Shown: piece by piece, positions 56,090 through 64,000 of the stretch
How positions within the stretch are numbered: position 1 is the first letter of the stretch
Layout: every line of letters starts with the position of its first letter
Assembly (NCBI GenBank): GCA_964412195.1
Contig: CAYPNP010000010.1
Span: 34,166 to 98,165, forward strand
DNA: 64,000 nucleotides
DNA from: an uncultured Acidobacteriota bacterium
GTDB taxonomy: Bacteria > Acidobacteriota > JAAYUB01
Direction: 5' to 3'
The notes under the pieces: model-generated
What the model was told of the DNA's origin: nothing
Database searches by the model: none
Seen by the model: only the letters and a program-made list of their open reading frames with translations
Translations under genes and position numbers: made by a program

Positions 56090-57046
56090 ATGCTGCGAAA
56101 GGCTGCCATCTGTTCGATCATCCTTTGCTTGGCCGGATTCGTCCTTGCCGGCAACCGCGCGGACGTGAACGCCGACCGGGCGGTGAACGCCGCCGACTCG
56201 GCCGTATTGGCCAACATCCTGTCCGGCAACCTCGACCTGGCCGATTACGACCTGGCCAACGTTGTGGTGGTGGCGCCGCAGGGGGGCGACTTCACTAGCC
56301 CCCTGGACGCCCTGCTCTGGGTGGCCGGCCAGTCCCCCTCCGCCACCAACCGTTTCGTCGTCTTGGTGGCGCCGGGCGAGTATACCGTCCCCGCCAGCAT
56401 GAGCATCCCGTCCTACACGACCCTCCGGGGCTATGACCGGATCAACTGCCGGATCATCCGCAGCGGCCAGTTCCTGATCCAGACGACCGGGCACACCAAT
56501 GTCGTCGTCCAGGACCTGTCCCTCGTGAACGAGCAACCGGCGGGCACGGGCGGGACCCGCGGCCTGTTCTTTGAAAATTGCAGCCACGTCCTGGTCAAGA
56601 GCGTGGACCTGATGGTGACCGACGGCGCCAACATCGGCGCCATTGGCATCATTCTTTCGAACTGCATCGCCGTCCGGCTGGAGCAGGTCAAGGCCACGGT
56701 GACCGCCACCGTCACCTGCACCGGGACCGCGTACGGCATCTACGACAGCGGCGCGGATGTGAACGTCCGCGACTGCGATTTCTACGTCCTCCACAACCGC
56801 GCCAGCACCAACGCCATCGGCCTGTACGTTGCCAATCCCGGCGGCACCCAGCCGCAGATCCGCCTGGACTGCTCCACGCTGAAGACCTGGACGGCGACCG
56901 CGCTCTTCGACCTTTATCTGTTAAAGGTGTCGGAGACGTACGGGTGGATCCGGTTCTTCGATTGTGAACTGGACGGGGGGACGATCGGCGACGGGCAGTC
57001 GATCCGCTGGCACTGCCGCACCGAGGACGGGGTGGCGGTGCCGTAA
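56090..57046 (+). CDS. Secreted protein: N-terminal dockerin-like module, then a right-handed beta-helix domain
   Basis: Signal peptide. DVNADRAVNAADSAVLANIL...NLDLADYDLANVV gives calcium-loop-like D-x-N-x-D motifs. The remainder is G/N/T-rich beta-helix coils (VTDGANIGAIGIILSNCIAV). Confidence 0.55.
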   Translation: MLRKAAICSIILCLAGFVLAGNRADVNADRAVNAADSAVLANILSGNLDLADYDLANVVVVAPQGGDFTSPLDALLWVAGQSPSATNRFVVLVAPGEYTVPASMSIPSYTTLRGYDRINCRIIRSGQFLIQTTGHTNVVVQDLSLVNEQPAGTGGTRGLFFENCSHVLVKSVDLMVTDGANIGAIGIILSNCIAVRLEQVKATVTATVTCTGTAYGIYDSGADVNVRDCDFYVLHNRASTNAIGLYVANPGGTQPQIRLDCSTLKTWTATALFDLYLLKVSETYGWIRFFDCELDGGTIGDGQSIRWHCRTEDGVAVP

Positions 57047-57152
57047 CTTCACCCCAGCGGTGTTACGGCTGATCGACATCGGCCATCTGCGCCGATTCTG
57101 TCTCGACACTCTCGGGGCGACGCAGTGTACGAGTGCCCTCGACGATTCCGAT

Positions 57153-57212
57153 CGGTCACCCGTCACCCGTCACCGGTCATCCGTCACCTGTCAATCCGCA
57201 ATCCGCAATTGG
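57153..57212. repeat. Heptamer tandem array (GGTCACC/CGTCACC of about 6 units, then CCGCAAT x2)
   Basis: ggtcacc cgtcacc cgtcacc ggtcatc cgtcacc tgtcaat ccgcaat ccgcaat tgg. Lies between convergent gene ends. Confidence 0.7.
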
Positions 57213-57213
57213 A

Positions 57214-59304
57214 TCACTTCTTCTTCGCCGTGTACACCCCTTCCGGCTGCCGGCTCTCCAGGCCGGTCACGTTCCCCTGGTCGTCCAGGACGAAGCGGAT
57301 CTGGATCACCGAGTATTCCTTGAGGTGGAAGACGCCGCCCAGGTCCGGCACCAGGGTGTACTCCGGCTGGCCCGGGACGGACAGGGTCAGGGCGTTGCCC
57401 TTGAGGCCGATCTTTGCCATCACCCCCGCCAGCTCGTATTCGCCCAGGAACTTCTGAAGGTAGGCCGGATCCGACAACCGCGCGTCGGGCCGCTTGACGA
57501 AGACGGCGTCCTTGACCACCGGCTCCATGGGCACCGCCACCGAGGCGATGTTCCCGTTCACGTCGGTCGCGAAGTTGAACTTGGTGTCCGACAGCACGTC
57601 GTCCTTGGCCTCCAGCGCCGTGAACACGTCGTAGTGCCAGTGGCCGAGCGGGGCGGTCATGCCGTTGTAAGTGACCATCAGCTTGTCCCCTTGCAACTCG
57701 ATCTTCATCGGGCCGTAGCCGGGGTGGAAGTACTCGCCGGCGTAATCCGCCAGCACGTGGGACGGCTGGGTGCCGGGGACCCGCACGGTCTCCTTCTTCG
57801 TCTTGGCCTCCTTGGCGGCCGCCTTGCCCTTGGCCCGGCGCGCCAGCGCCTCCCCGTTCCAGTCGATGGGGTCGAGCTTGAGCAGCCGGTCGGCGGCGCT
57901 CTGGGCTACGATGGTGGAGAGGCCGGTCTCGGAGTTGGTCAGCACCACGATCCCCAGCCCGTCCTGGGGGAACACCTGCACCTGGGAGATGAAGCCGTCG
58001 ATGCCGCCGCCGTGATGCACCCGCTTGTGGCCGCGGTAGATGTCGATCATCCAGCCCAAGCCGTAGTCCCCCGCCGAGACCTCGGGGCGCTCCTGAGGCT
58101 GTCCCATGGCCATGTGCGGGGCCTGGATGTCGGCCAGCGTGTCCGCCTTGATGACCGCCTTGCCGTCCAGCTTCCCGCCGCCGGACTGGACCTTGAGCCA
58201 CCGGGCCATGTCCTCGACGCTGGAGTTGATGGATCCCGCCGGGCCCATGTTCGTGATCGGCCGGAAGCGGATCTTCTCCAGCTTGTCGTCCTTTTCCCGG
58301 TACGGCAGGGCGAAGTCGTCGGACTTCTGGGAGTCGAACACCGAGAAGTTGCTGCGGCCCATGTCGAGGGGCGTGAAAATCCGTTCCCGCACCAGATCTT
58401 CCCACGGCTTGCCGGAAACCGTCTCGGCCAGGTAGCCGGCGGTCAGGAACATCAGGTTGTTGTACTGCCACTTGGCCCGGAGGTCGGCGTTGGGCTCGAG
58501 GTACGCCAACCGGCGCACCAGCTCCTCGCGGGAGGCGCCCAGGTTGTTGTACCAGACGGCGTCGTGCCGCGGCAGGCCGGACCGGTGGGTCACCAGGTCG
58601 TAGGGAGTAATCCGGTCGGTCGCTGAGGGATCGTAAAGTTTGAACCAGGGGATGTAGCTCCGCACCGGCTTGTCCCATTCCAGCTTGCCCTCGTCCACCA
58701 AGGTGCCCAGGACAAAGGTGGTGAAAGCCTTGGAGCAAGAGCCGATGGCGAAGAGGGTCCTGGGCGTGACCGGCAGCTTCTGCTCAACGTCGCGGAAGCC
58801 GAAGCCTTTCATGTACGCCACCTCGCCGTCCTTGACCACGGCGACGGCCAGGCCGGGCACGTTCCAGGCCTGCAGGGCAGCGTTCACGAACTCGTCGAAT
58901 CCCGCCAGGGCGCCCTTGGCCGCCTCGGCGGGCTTCTCCGCCCGGGCCAGCTCGAAGGGGAAGGTCGCGCCACCCTGGGAGAAGTCGCCGGCGATCGTCC
59001 GGCCATCGGCGGACAGCGCGCCCTTGAAGGCCGGATCGCCCGGGATGCCGGGGATGGCGAAGGAAACGTTCATTCCGTCGACGGCGATCTTGTCCAGCGG
59101 CAGGTCCTTGGCGCCCTGCAGCGGGATGGAAATGTCTCCCTGCCAGCCGCCGTCCAGGGCCGCGAAATCGATGTCGATCGCCAGCTTGGTGCCGGGCAGG
59201 CTGATGGTGCCCTCCCAGTGCCCCGCGATGGACGGCGCCTCCGCCGCCGCGGCGCCGGCCAGCAACCAAGCCGCCGCCATGAACACAATCCACCAACGGT
59301 TCAT
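57214..59304 (-). CDS. Serine hydrolase of the beta-lactamase/PBP (class C-like) fold with extra N- and C-terminal domains
   Basis: Signal peptide. The SxxK motif FAIGSCSKAFT in the central domain. About 697 aa. Start set at internal MNRWWIV. Confidence 0.7.
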   Translation of the reverse strand: MNRWWIVFMAAAWLLAGAAAAEAPSIAGHWEGTISLPGTKLAIDIDFAALDGGWQGDISIPLQGAKDLPLDKIAVDGMNVSFAIPGIPGDPAFKGALSADGRTIAGDFSQGGATFPFELARAEKPAEAAKGALAGFDEFVNAALQAWNVPGLAVAVVKDGEVAYMKGFGFRDVEQKLPVTPRTLFAIGSCSKAFTTFVLGTLVDEGKLEWDKPVRSYIPWFKLYDPSATDRITPYDLVTHRSGLPRHDAVWYNNLGASREELVRRLAYLEPNADLRAKWQYNNLMFLTAGYLAETVSGKPWEDLVRERIFTPLDMGRSNFSVFDSQKSDDFALPYREKDDKLEKIRFRPITNMGPAGSINSSVEDMARWLKVQSGGGKLDGKAVIKADTLADIQAPHMAMGQPQERPEVSAGDYGLGWMIDIYRGHKRVHHGGGIDGFISQVQVFPQDGLGIVVLTNSETGLSTIVAQSAADRLLKLDPIDWNGEALARRAKGKAAAKEAKTKKETVRVPGTQPSHVLADYAGEYFHPGYGPMKIELQGDKLMVTYNGMTAPLGHWHYDVFTALEAKDDVLSDTKFNFATDVNGNIASVAVPMEPVVKDAVFVKRPDARLSDPAYLQKFLGEYELAGVMAKIGLKGNALTLSVPGQPEYTLVPDLGGVFHLKEYSVIQIRFVLDDQGNVTGLESRQPEGVYTAKKK

Positions 59305-59549
59305 TCTCTCGCTCGCTGTCCTGGCCATGGTTCACGCTCCTTCCGGTTCGGTACAAAAGTCTGGCACGGAGCATCCCGACTCTGGGACCTCCCTGGCGCC
59401 AGCCTGCTGTCCACGGTGATCAACAGGGTGATATACGATCTCCCGCACATACATGTTCCAACGATCTCGGCAGGGCGATGCAGCCAGATTTCGCGCAGAG
59501 GCGCTGGGGACGCAAAGGATCGGGTGGGACCAGGCCAGCCGGGCATTGG

Positions 59550-59650
59550 ATGCGGATTCACGCGGATCTTCGCGGATCAAGCAAAAAACTGGAGTTTATC
59601 GATCCACTTCAAATGCGATCCGCGGACATCCGCGTGAATCCGCGTCAACA
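59550..59650. repeat. Imperfect ~17-bp-arm palindrome in the upstream region of the HD-domain gene
   Basis: gcggattcacgcggatc ... gatccgcggacatccgcgtgaatccgcg. Confidence 0.4.
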
Positions 59651-59820
59651 AGCGGCCGGCGGTGCTTGTGCTCTCCGGGTCTCTGCGCACCGTCTCGGGA
59701 TATTCCATCGGAGGATCGGTTTCCGATATCGATGCAACAATCTGTCTCATCTCGAATTGAACCCGCCGCCATCTTGTTGTACCCTTGGAGAATCCAACAG
59801 GTCCGGAACGGGAGGTGCCG

Positions 59821-60990
59821 ATGCAGGCCATCATCAAGACGCAGGAGTTCCTGAACCTCTCGGCCTCCCTCAACTACCAGCTGTCGGCCGCGCCGGTCAA
59901 CTGGCGCGCGATCCTGGCCCTGACCGTGGGCGACCGGTTCACCGAGGTGGAGGAGGACACCATCATCGACGTTCTCACCTACCTCCAGGAGGCGTACGGC
60001 CAGACCAAGCGCCGCCTCGGCCCGGTGGCGGTGCTGCACCCCATCCGCACCATGGGGCTGCTGGTGCGGGCCATGGAACACCCCACCCTGCTGGACCTCC
60101 TGACCACGCTGCTGCACGACAAGCAGGAAGACCTCACCGAGAAGAAGCTCTCGCCCGACATCTGGCGCGTGCTCGAGGCCCACTACCAGGAACTGCTCAA
60201 GCGGATCGACCCCACCGACCAATGGTATCTCAACGAGCGCATCGAGATCCTGACCATCCGGGAAAACGAACGCTACTACCACTACCTCGGGCGGGTGCTG
60301 GAGCGCGCCCGGCTGACTCCCGAGCTGGTCCGGGCCAAGCTGGCGGACCGGCTGGACAACACCCTCGACCTGCGGATGGACCTCCACGACCCCACCGCCG
60401 ACGAGGAGTGCTACGAGGCCGTCTTCGCCATCCTCTTCACCGATTCCACCCCCCACCGGCCCCTGCGCAAGGGCCATCCCATCCCCGGCAAGATCAACGG
60501 CTCCCGCCGCCTGTACCAGCTGTTCAAGAACGCCGTGCTGCTCTCGCTCCTGCGCCGGGAGCGGCAGGACCGGGTCGACCGGGCGGCCGAACGCCTCTCG
60601 TACTCCATCGCCCGGGCCAGCCTGGCGGAGGCGCAGCGGATCCTGCTCCACCTCTTCGATTATCACATCCCGGACAAGCGCGTCCAGCGGGAGATCCTCC
60701 AGGACGTCATGGAGTACTGCCGCTCGGGCTCCATCACCCGGGTGACCCCCGGCGGACGCCGCCACCGGCTCGACGGCCTGTTCAAGGACCGCTTCGACCA
60801 GGAGGACAAGGCCACCCGCAACCGCCTGCTGGACGAATTCTACCAGGACAAGTACCTCATGGCCGAGGCGGCGGTGGCCTTCATGGCCATCTTCTCCAGC
60901 TTCCTGCACGATCCCGATTTCCGGATCCACGGCATCGACGCCCGCGGGATCCATCCCGAAGAGGGCAGTGCCCTGGACAACCGTATCTGA
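59821..60990 (+). CDS. HD-domain protein (RelA/SpoT-type metal-dependent phosphohydrolase-like, no synthetase domain)
   Basis: HPIRTMGLLV...LLHDKQEDL resembles the SpoT HD motif pair (H...HD). ADRLDNTLDL resembles the SpoT ADRLHN helix. Start set at internal MQAII. Confidence 0.45.
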   Translation: MQAIIKTQEFLNLSASLNYQLSAAPVNWRAILALTVGDRFTEVEEDTIIDVLTYLQEAYGQTKRRLGPVAVLHPIRTMGLLVRAMEHPTLLDLLTTLLHDKQEDLTEKKLSPDIWRVLEAHYQELLKRIDPTDQWYLNERIEILTIRENERYYHYLGRVLERARLTPELVRAKLADRLDNTLDLRMDLHDPTADEECYEAVFAILFTDSTPHRPLRKGHPIPGKINGSRRLYQLFKNAVLLSLLRRERQDRVDRAAERLSYSIARASLAEAQRILLHLFDYHIPDKRVQREILQDVMEYCRSGSITRVTPGGRRHRLDGLFKDRFDQEDKATRNRLLDEFYQDKYLMAEAAVAFMAIFSSFLHDPDFRIHGIDARGIHPEEGSALDNRI

Positions 60991-61126
60991 GATCCCCCCG
61001 GCCCATCCCCCCGGTATCGCTTCCCCGGCAGGCCCGCCACCCCGCCGCCAATTTTTCCTGAAAAATGCTGGCGCATGATCCCGTGATTGTGTAATTATGC
61101 ATTTTATTTAGAACGCGAGGTTGGCG

Positions 61127-62287
61127 ATGACGGACATCATCTATCTGGACAATGGGGCGACCTCCTTCCCCAAGCCCGAGGAAGTCTACGTGGCCATGGA
61201 CAAGTTCTTCCGGCGGGCCGGCGTCAATCCCGGCCGCTCCGGCTACGACCTGTGCGTCGAGGCCGGCGAGCTGCTGGAGGACACCCGGGCGCTCCTGACG
61301 CGCTTCTTCCACGGCACCGATCCCAACCGCCTCGTCTTCGGCTACAACTCCACCGACGCCCTCAACCTGATCGTCTGGGGCATGCTGCAGGAGGGCGACC
61401 ACGCCATCAGTACGACCCTCGAGCACAACTCCGTGCTGCGGCCCCTCTGGCACGTGGCCCGGGACAAGGGGGTCGAGGTCGATTACCTCCCCTTCGACAG
61501 CCGGGGCTTTGTCGACCCGGACGACTTCCGGAAAAAGTTCCGTCCCTCCACCCGCCTGGTCATCGTCAACCACGGCTCCAACGTCATCGGGACGGTCCAG
61601 CCGGTCGCCGAGATCGGGCGGCTGTGCCGCGAGCGGAACATTCCCTTCGCCATCGACGCGTCCCAGACCGCCGGCAAGGTCCCGGTGGACATGGAGGCGA
61701 TGAACCTGGACGTCGTCGCCTTCACCGGCCACAAGTCCCTGATGGGCCCCACCGGCATCGGCGGCCTGTACGTCCGCGAGGGGATCGAGATCCGCCACAC
61801 CCGCGCCGGGGGCACCGGCGTGCGCTCGGCCGTGCGGACCCACCTGGAGGAGTACCCCTACCGCCTCGAGTACGGCACGCCCAACATCCTCGGCATCGCC
61901 GGATTGCAGGCCGGCGTCCAGTGGATCGAAAAGCAGGGGCTGGCGGCCATCGAGGCCCACGAGATGAAGCTGACGAAGCAGCTCCTGGACGGGTTGAGGG
62001 AAATCCCGGGCGTGAAGCTGTACTGCCAGGACGACCTGACGAACCATATCGGCGTGCTGGCGTTCAACGTCGACGGCTTGGAGGCCGCCGACACCGGCAC
62101 CATGCTGGACGTGGACTACAACATCGCCTGCCGCACCGGACTGCACTGCGCGCCGCTGGTCCACGAGCAGCTCGGCACGGACAAGATCCACGGCGCCGTG
62201 CGCTTCGGCATCGGGCCGTTCAATACCGAGGAGCACGTCCTGACGGCCATCGCGGCCGTGCGCGACATCGCCTCCTTCAGAAAATAA
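61127..62287 (+). CDS. Class V aminotransferase-fold PLP enzyme (cysteine desulfurase/SufS-CsdA-like)
   Basis: IYLDNGATSFPKP start. TGHKSLMGPTGIGGLYV with the PLP-Lys. A Cys in the C-terminal loop (GLHCAP). Confidence 0.75.
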   Translation: MTDIIYLDNGATSFPKPEEVYVAMDKFFRRAGVNPGRSGYDLCVEAGELLEDTRALLTRFFHGTDPNRLVFGYNSTDALNLIVWGMLQEGDHAISTTLEHNSVLRPLWHVARDKGVEVDYLPFDSRGFVDPDDFRKKFRPSTRLVIVNHGSNVIGTVQPVAEIGRLCRERNIPFAIDASQTAGKVPVDMEAMNLDVVAFTGHKSLMGPTGIGGLYVREGIEIRHTRAGGTGVRSAVRTHLEEYPYRLEYGTPNILGIAGLQAGVQWIEKQGLAAIEAHEMKLTKQLLDGLREIPGVKLYCQDDLTNHIGVLAFNVDGLEAADTGTMLDVDYNIACRTGLHCAPLVHEQLGTDKIHGAVRFGIGPFNTEEHVLTAIAAVRDIASFRK

Positions 62288-62407
62288 TTCACCACAAAGG
62301 CACAAAGGACACAAAGATAAAGCCGGGCGTAAAGGGCCCGGCAAGATTTCCCTTTCCTGAACACATGTCATGGATTTCTTTGTGTTCTTTGTGCCTTTGT
62401 GGTGAAC
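62287..62407. repeat. Dispersed-repeat hairpin (copy 2): the same 30-bp cacaaag arms, with a 61-nt loop carrying a nested GC hairpin
   Basis: attcaccacaaaggcacaaaggacacaaag ...gccgggcgtaaagggcccggc... ctttgtgttctttgtgcctttgtggtgaac. Lies between convergent gene ends. Confidence 0.7.
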
Positions 62408-62410
62408 GAT

Positions 62411-63754
62411 TCAGACGAGGGCGTCGGCGACGACCTCGCACACCGACTTGATCTCCACGCCCAGCTTGTAGTGCTTGTTCAGCTCCATGAGCTGGTCCAG
62501 GCAGTTGTGGCAGGGGGCCGCGACGATCTGGGCGCCGGTGGCCCGGATCTGCTCCGCCTTGATCCGGCCGGCCAGCAGGCGGCGCTCGGTGAACTCGGCC
62601 ATGGACAGCTGCCCGCCCCCGCCGCCGCAGCAGTAGTTGTCGGCACCGTGCGGCGTCATCTCGACGAAATCGGCCGCGGCGCGCCGCAGGAGGAAGCGCG
62701 GCGGCTCGGCGACCCCGCCCTGCCGCACCAGGTTGCAGGGATCGTGCAGGGTCACCCGCTTGGCGACCCGGCCGGGATCCAGGCGGATTTTGCCTTCCCG
62801 GAGGTACTCCGCCACCACCTCGAGGATGCTGCGGACCGGATAGGGGGGGCGCCGGCCGGACCATTCCGGGTATTCCCAACGGTTGGCGGCGAAGCCGTGG
62901 CCGCACTCGCCGATGACCAGCGTGCCGGCGCCCAGCCGGGCCATGGCCTCGTCCAGCCGGGCGGACATCAGCCGGGCTTTCTCGTTCTCGCCCGAGAACA
63001 GTCCGTAGTTGGTCAGGTCGAAATGGTCGGATGCCAGCGTCCAGTTTTCTCCGGCCGCGTGGAAGATCTTCCCCAGGGCCACGATGGTCAGGGGGAAGAA
63101 CTTGGGCTCGCGCGGATTGACCGTGTAGAGGAGCCGCGCGCCGGCCTGGTCCACGGGCAGGCGGGCCGCCGGATCGCCGGTTTCCGCCTGGAGTTCTTCC
63201 TCCAGCCAGGCCAGCGTCTCCAGCCAGTCCTCCCTGGGGATGGCCATATTGTTGCCCGATTCCACGGCGGTGTTCACGGTGGACGCCAGCCCGGCCGGCA
63301 CGGCGCCGGCGGCAGCCAGGGCGGTCCGGCCGGCCCGGATGGCCCGGGCGATATCCAATCCCACCGAGCAGTGGAGGCTGCAGCGGCCGCACAGCGAACA
63401 GCGCCCGAAGAGGGCGTCGAACCACTCGGCGGCCTCCGCGTTGTCCAGGTCCCGCGCCCCGATCCACGCCGGCGCCAGCCGGCCCAGGCGGCGGGAGCGC
63501 CGGCTGAAGACCGCGTTGACCAGCTGCAGCTTGTAGGCGGGGATGTTGCGGGGATCGGGATCGGCCAGGTAGTAGTGGCAGGTCTCGGCGCACAGGCCGC
63601 AGCGGACGCAGCCGGACAGATAGGAGGACAGGCGGTGGTCGAGTGCATCGTCCAGGGCCTGGCGCACTTTTTCCAGCGCCTCGGGGGTCAGCTCCGCGGC
63701 GGGATTGGAAGGGGTGGGCACGGGGTGCTCGGGTTTGGTCATGGTGCGGTTCAT
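62411..63754 (-). CDS. (Fe-S)-binding CCG-domain protein (HdrD/GlpC/DsrK-like)
   Basis: Two 4Fe-4S ferredoxin-type motifs (CVRCGLCAETC, CSLCGRCSLHC) and two CCG signatures (HDPC..., CCGGGGG...PCHNC). Confidence 0.7.
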   Translation of the reverse strand: MNRTMTKPEHPVPTPSNPAAELTPEALEKVRQALDDALDHRLSSYLSGCVRCGLCAETCHYYLADPDPRNIPAYKLQLVNAVFSRRSRRLGRLAPAWIGARDLDNAEAAEWFDALFGRCSLCGRCSLHCSVGLDIARAIRAGRTALAAAGAVPAGLASTVNTAVESGNNMAIPREDWLETLAWLEEELQAETGDPAARLPVDQAGARLLYTVNPREPKFFPLTIVALGKIFHAAGENWTLASDHFDLTNYGLFSGENEKARLMSARLDEAMARLGAGTLVIGECGHGFAANRWEYPEWSGRRPPYPVRSILEVVAEYLREGKIRLDPGRVAKRVTLHDPCNLVRQGGVAEPPRFLLRRAAADFVEMTPHGADNYCCGGGGGQLSMAEFTERRLLAGRIKAEQIRATGAQIVAAPCHNCLDQLMELNKHYKLGVEIKSVCEVVADALV

Positions 63755-63945
63755 CTCCCGGGGGGGAAAGCCCCCCGACGGCCCATGAAGGCGCCCAGCA
63801 TGGCCCGGCAGTAGAAGAAGAAAAAGCAGTGGCGGATCTTGCCCAGGGGGATGTAGGCGAAGAGCAGGATCGCCGCCCCGAAGACGGCCGGCACCAGGGC
63901 CGGCGCGGCGAGGCTTGCCAGGGAGATCCCCAGGAACAGGTCCAC
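63751..63945 (-). CDS. Hypothetical ORF fragment (the ORF-track segment of the preceding partial membrane-protein gene)
   Basis: Same reading frame and stop as the partial membrane protein above. Listed only to tie the track ORF to that feature. Confidence 0.2.
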   Translation of the reverse strand: MDLFLGISLASLAAPALVPAVFGAAILLFAYIPLGKIRHCFFFFYCRAMLGAFMGRRGAFPPGR

Positions 63946-64000
63946 CAGCAGGTTGGCGGCGAAGTCGTCCGGGCAGCTGATGGCCCGCAGCCCCCTGGAG
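63751..64000 (-). CDS. Membrane protein, 3' portion only (gene continues beyond the window end); possibly the membrane partner of the CCG Fe-S protein
   Basis: A hydrophobic C-terminal segment (LASLAAPALVPAVFGAAILLFAYIPLGKIRHCFFFFYC). The 4-nt overlap with the downstream CCG protein start suggests an operon. Confidence 0.3.
   Translation of the reverse strand, partial: SRGLRAISCPDDFAANLLVDLFLGISLASLAAPALVPAVFGAAILLFAYIPLGKIRHCFFFFYCRAMLGAFMGRRGAFPPGR

Overview
This is a high-GC (about 68%) bacterial chromosomal window with dense coding on both strands. I read five blocks in it.

(1) 1-22.1 kb is a large surface-polysaccharide (EPS) biosynthesis locus. It holds an AsnB-type amidotransferase, a small ACP translationally coupled to a FemAB-like protein, a Wzy/O-antigen-ligase-like protein and a DegT aminotransferase. 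It also holds one GT2 and several GT4 glycosyltransferases, a Wzx flippase, a CapK/PaaK-like adenylating enzyme and a hexapeptide acetyltransferase. A NodB deacetylase, a sugar-transfer-type ATP-grasp, a secreted beta-helix protein and a large membrane protein complete the set. This gene set resembles what I recall of exosortase/PEP-CTERM-type EPS loci; no exosortase gene is visible in the window.

(2) 22.4-25.5 kb holds two convergent secreted proteins with C-terminal FN3+dockerin modules. One carries about 19 plant-type leucine-rich repeats with a plant-like N-terminal cap. A third dockerin-bearing beta-helix protein lies at 56.1 kb.

(3) 25.7-31.2 kb holds housekeeping genes, all on the minus strand: comF, dksA, rlmH, a sensor-less sigma54 activator, rsfS, nadD, obg, rpmA and rplU. 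A consensus sigma70 promoter precedes rplU and a terminator/attenuator hairpin sits between rpmA and obg.

(4) 31.6-40.7 kb is a respiratory multihaem cytochrome island. A minus-strand operon contains two cytochrome-b/multihaem-c pairs, one with an 18-CxxCH NapC-type protein, plus a CbcL-like c+b fusion. A divergently placed ImcH-like NapC/NirT cytochrome and a Cys-rich MerR regulator lie next to it. This looks like a Geobacter/Geothrix-style module for extracellular electron transfer.

(5) 40.9-64 kb is miscellaneous. It holds a NUDIX hydrolase, a beta-CASP MBL RNase, a lysine 6-aminotransferase (lat) with a textbook promoter and terminator, proS, a TGS-uridine-kinase fusion and an outer-membrane DUF5916-like protein. 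It also holds yicC, an MsbA-like ABC exporter, a beta-lactamase-fold hydrolase, an HD-domain protein, a class V aminotransferase and a CCG-domain Fe-S protein.

The non-coding DNA is unusual. Many intergenic regions carry short-period (6-7 bp) tandem repeat arrays, for example ATTGCGG, GGTCACC, CGATTA and ATCGGN. The same units recur at many loci, often as inverted arrays. There is also a roughly 450-bp foldback element, a MITE-like element with 23-bp terminal inverted repeats, and a dispersed 30-bp-arm hairpin family at two convergent gene ends.

I found no rRNA, CRISPR, transposase or integrase. I have not scanned for tRNAs.

Coordinates of non-coding features are approximate (+/-2 nt). Internal starts were derived from the ORF track by residue arithmetic. 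The ORF tool evidently accepts GTG/TTG starts.
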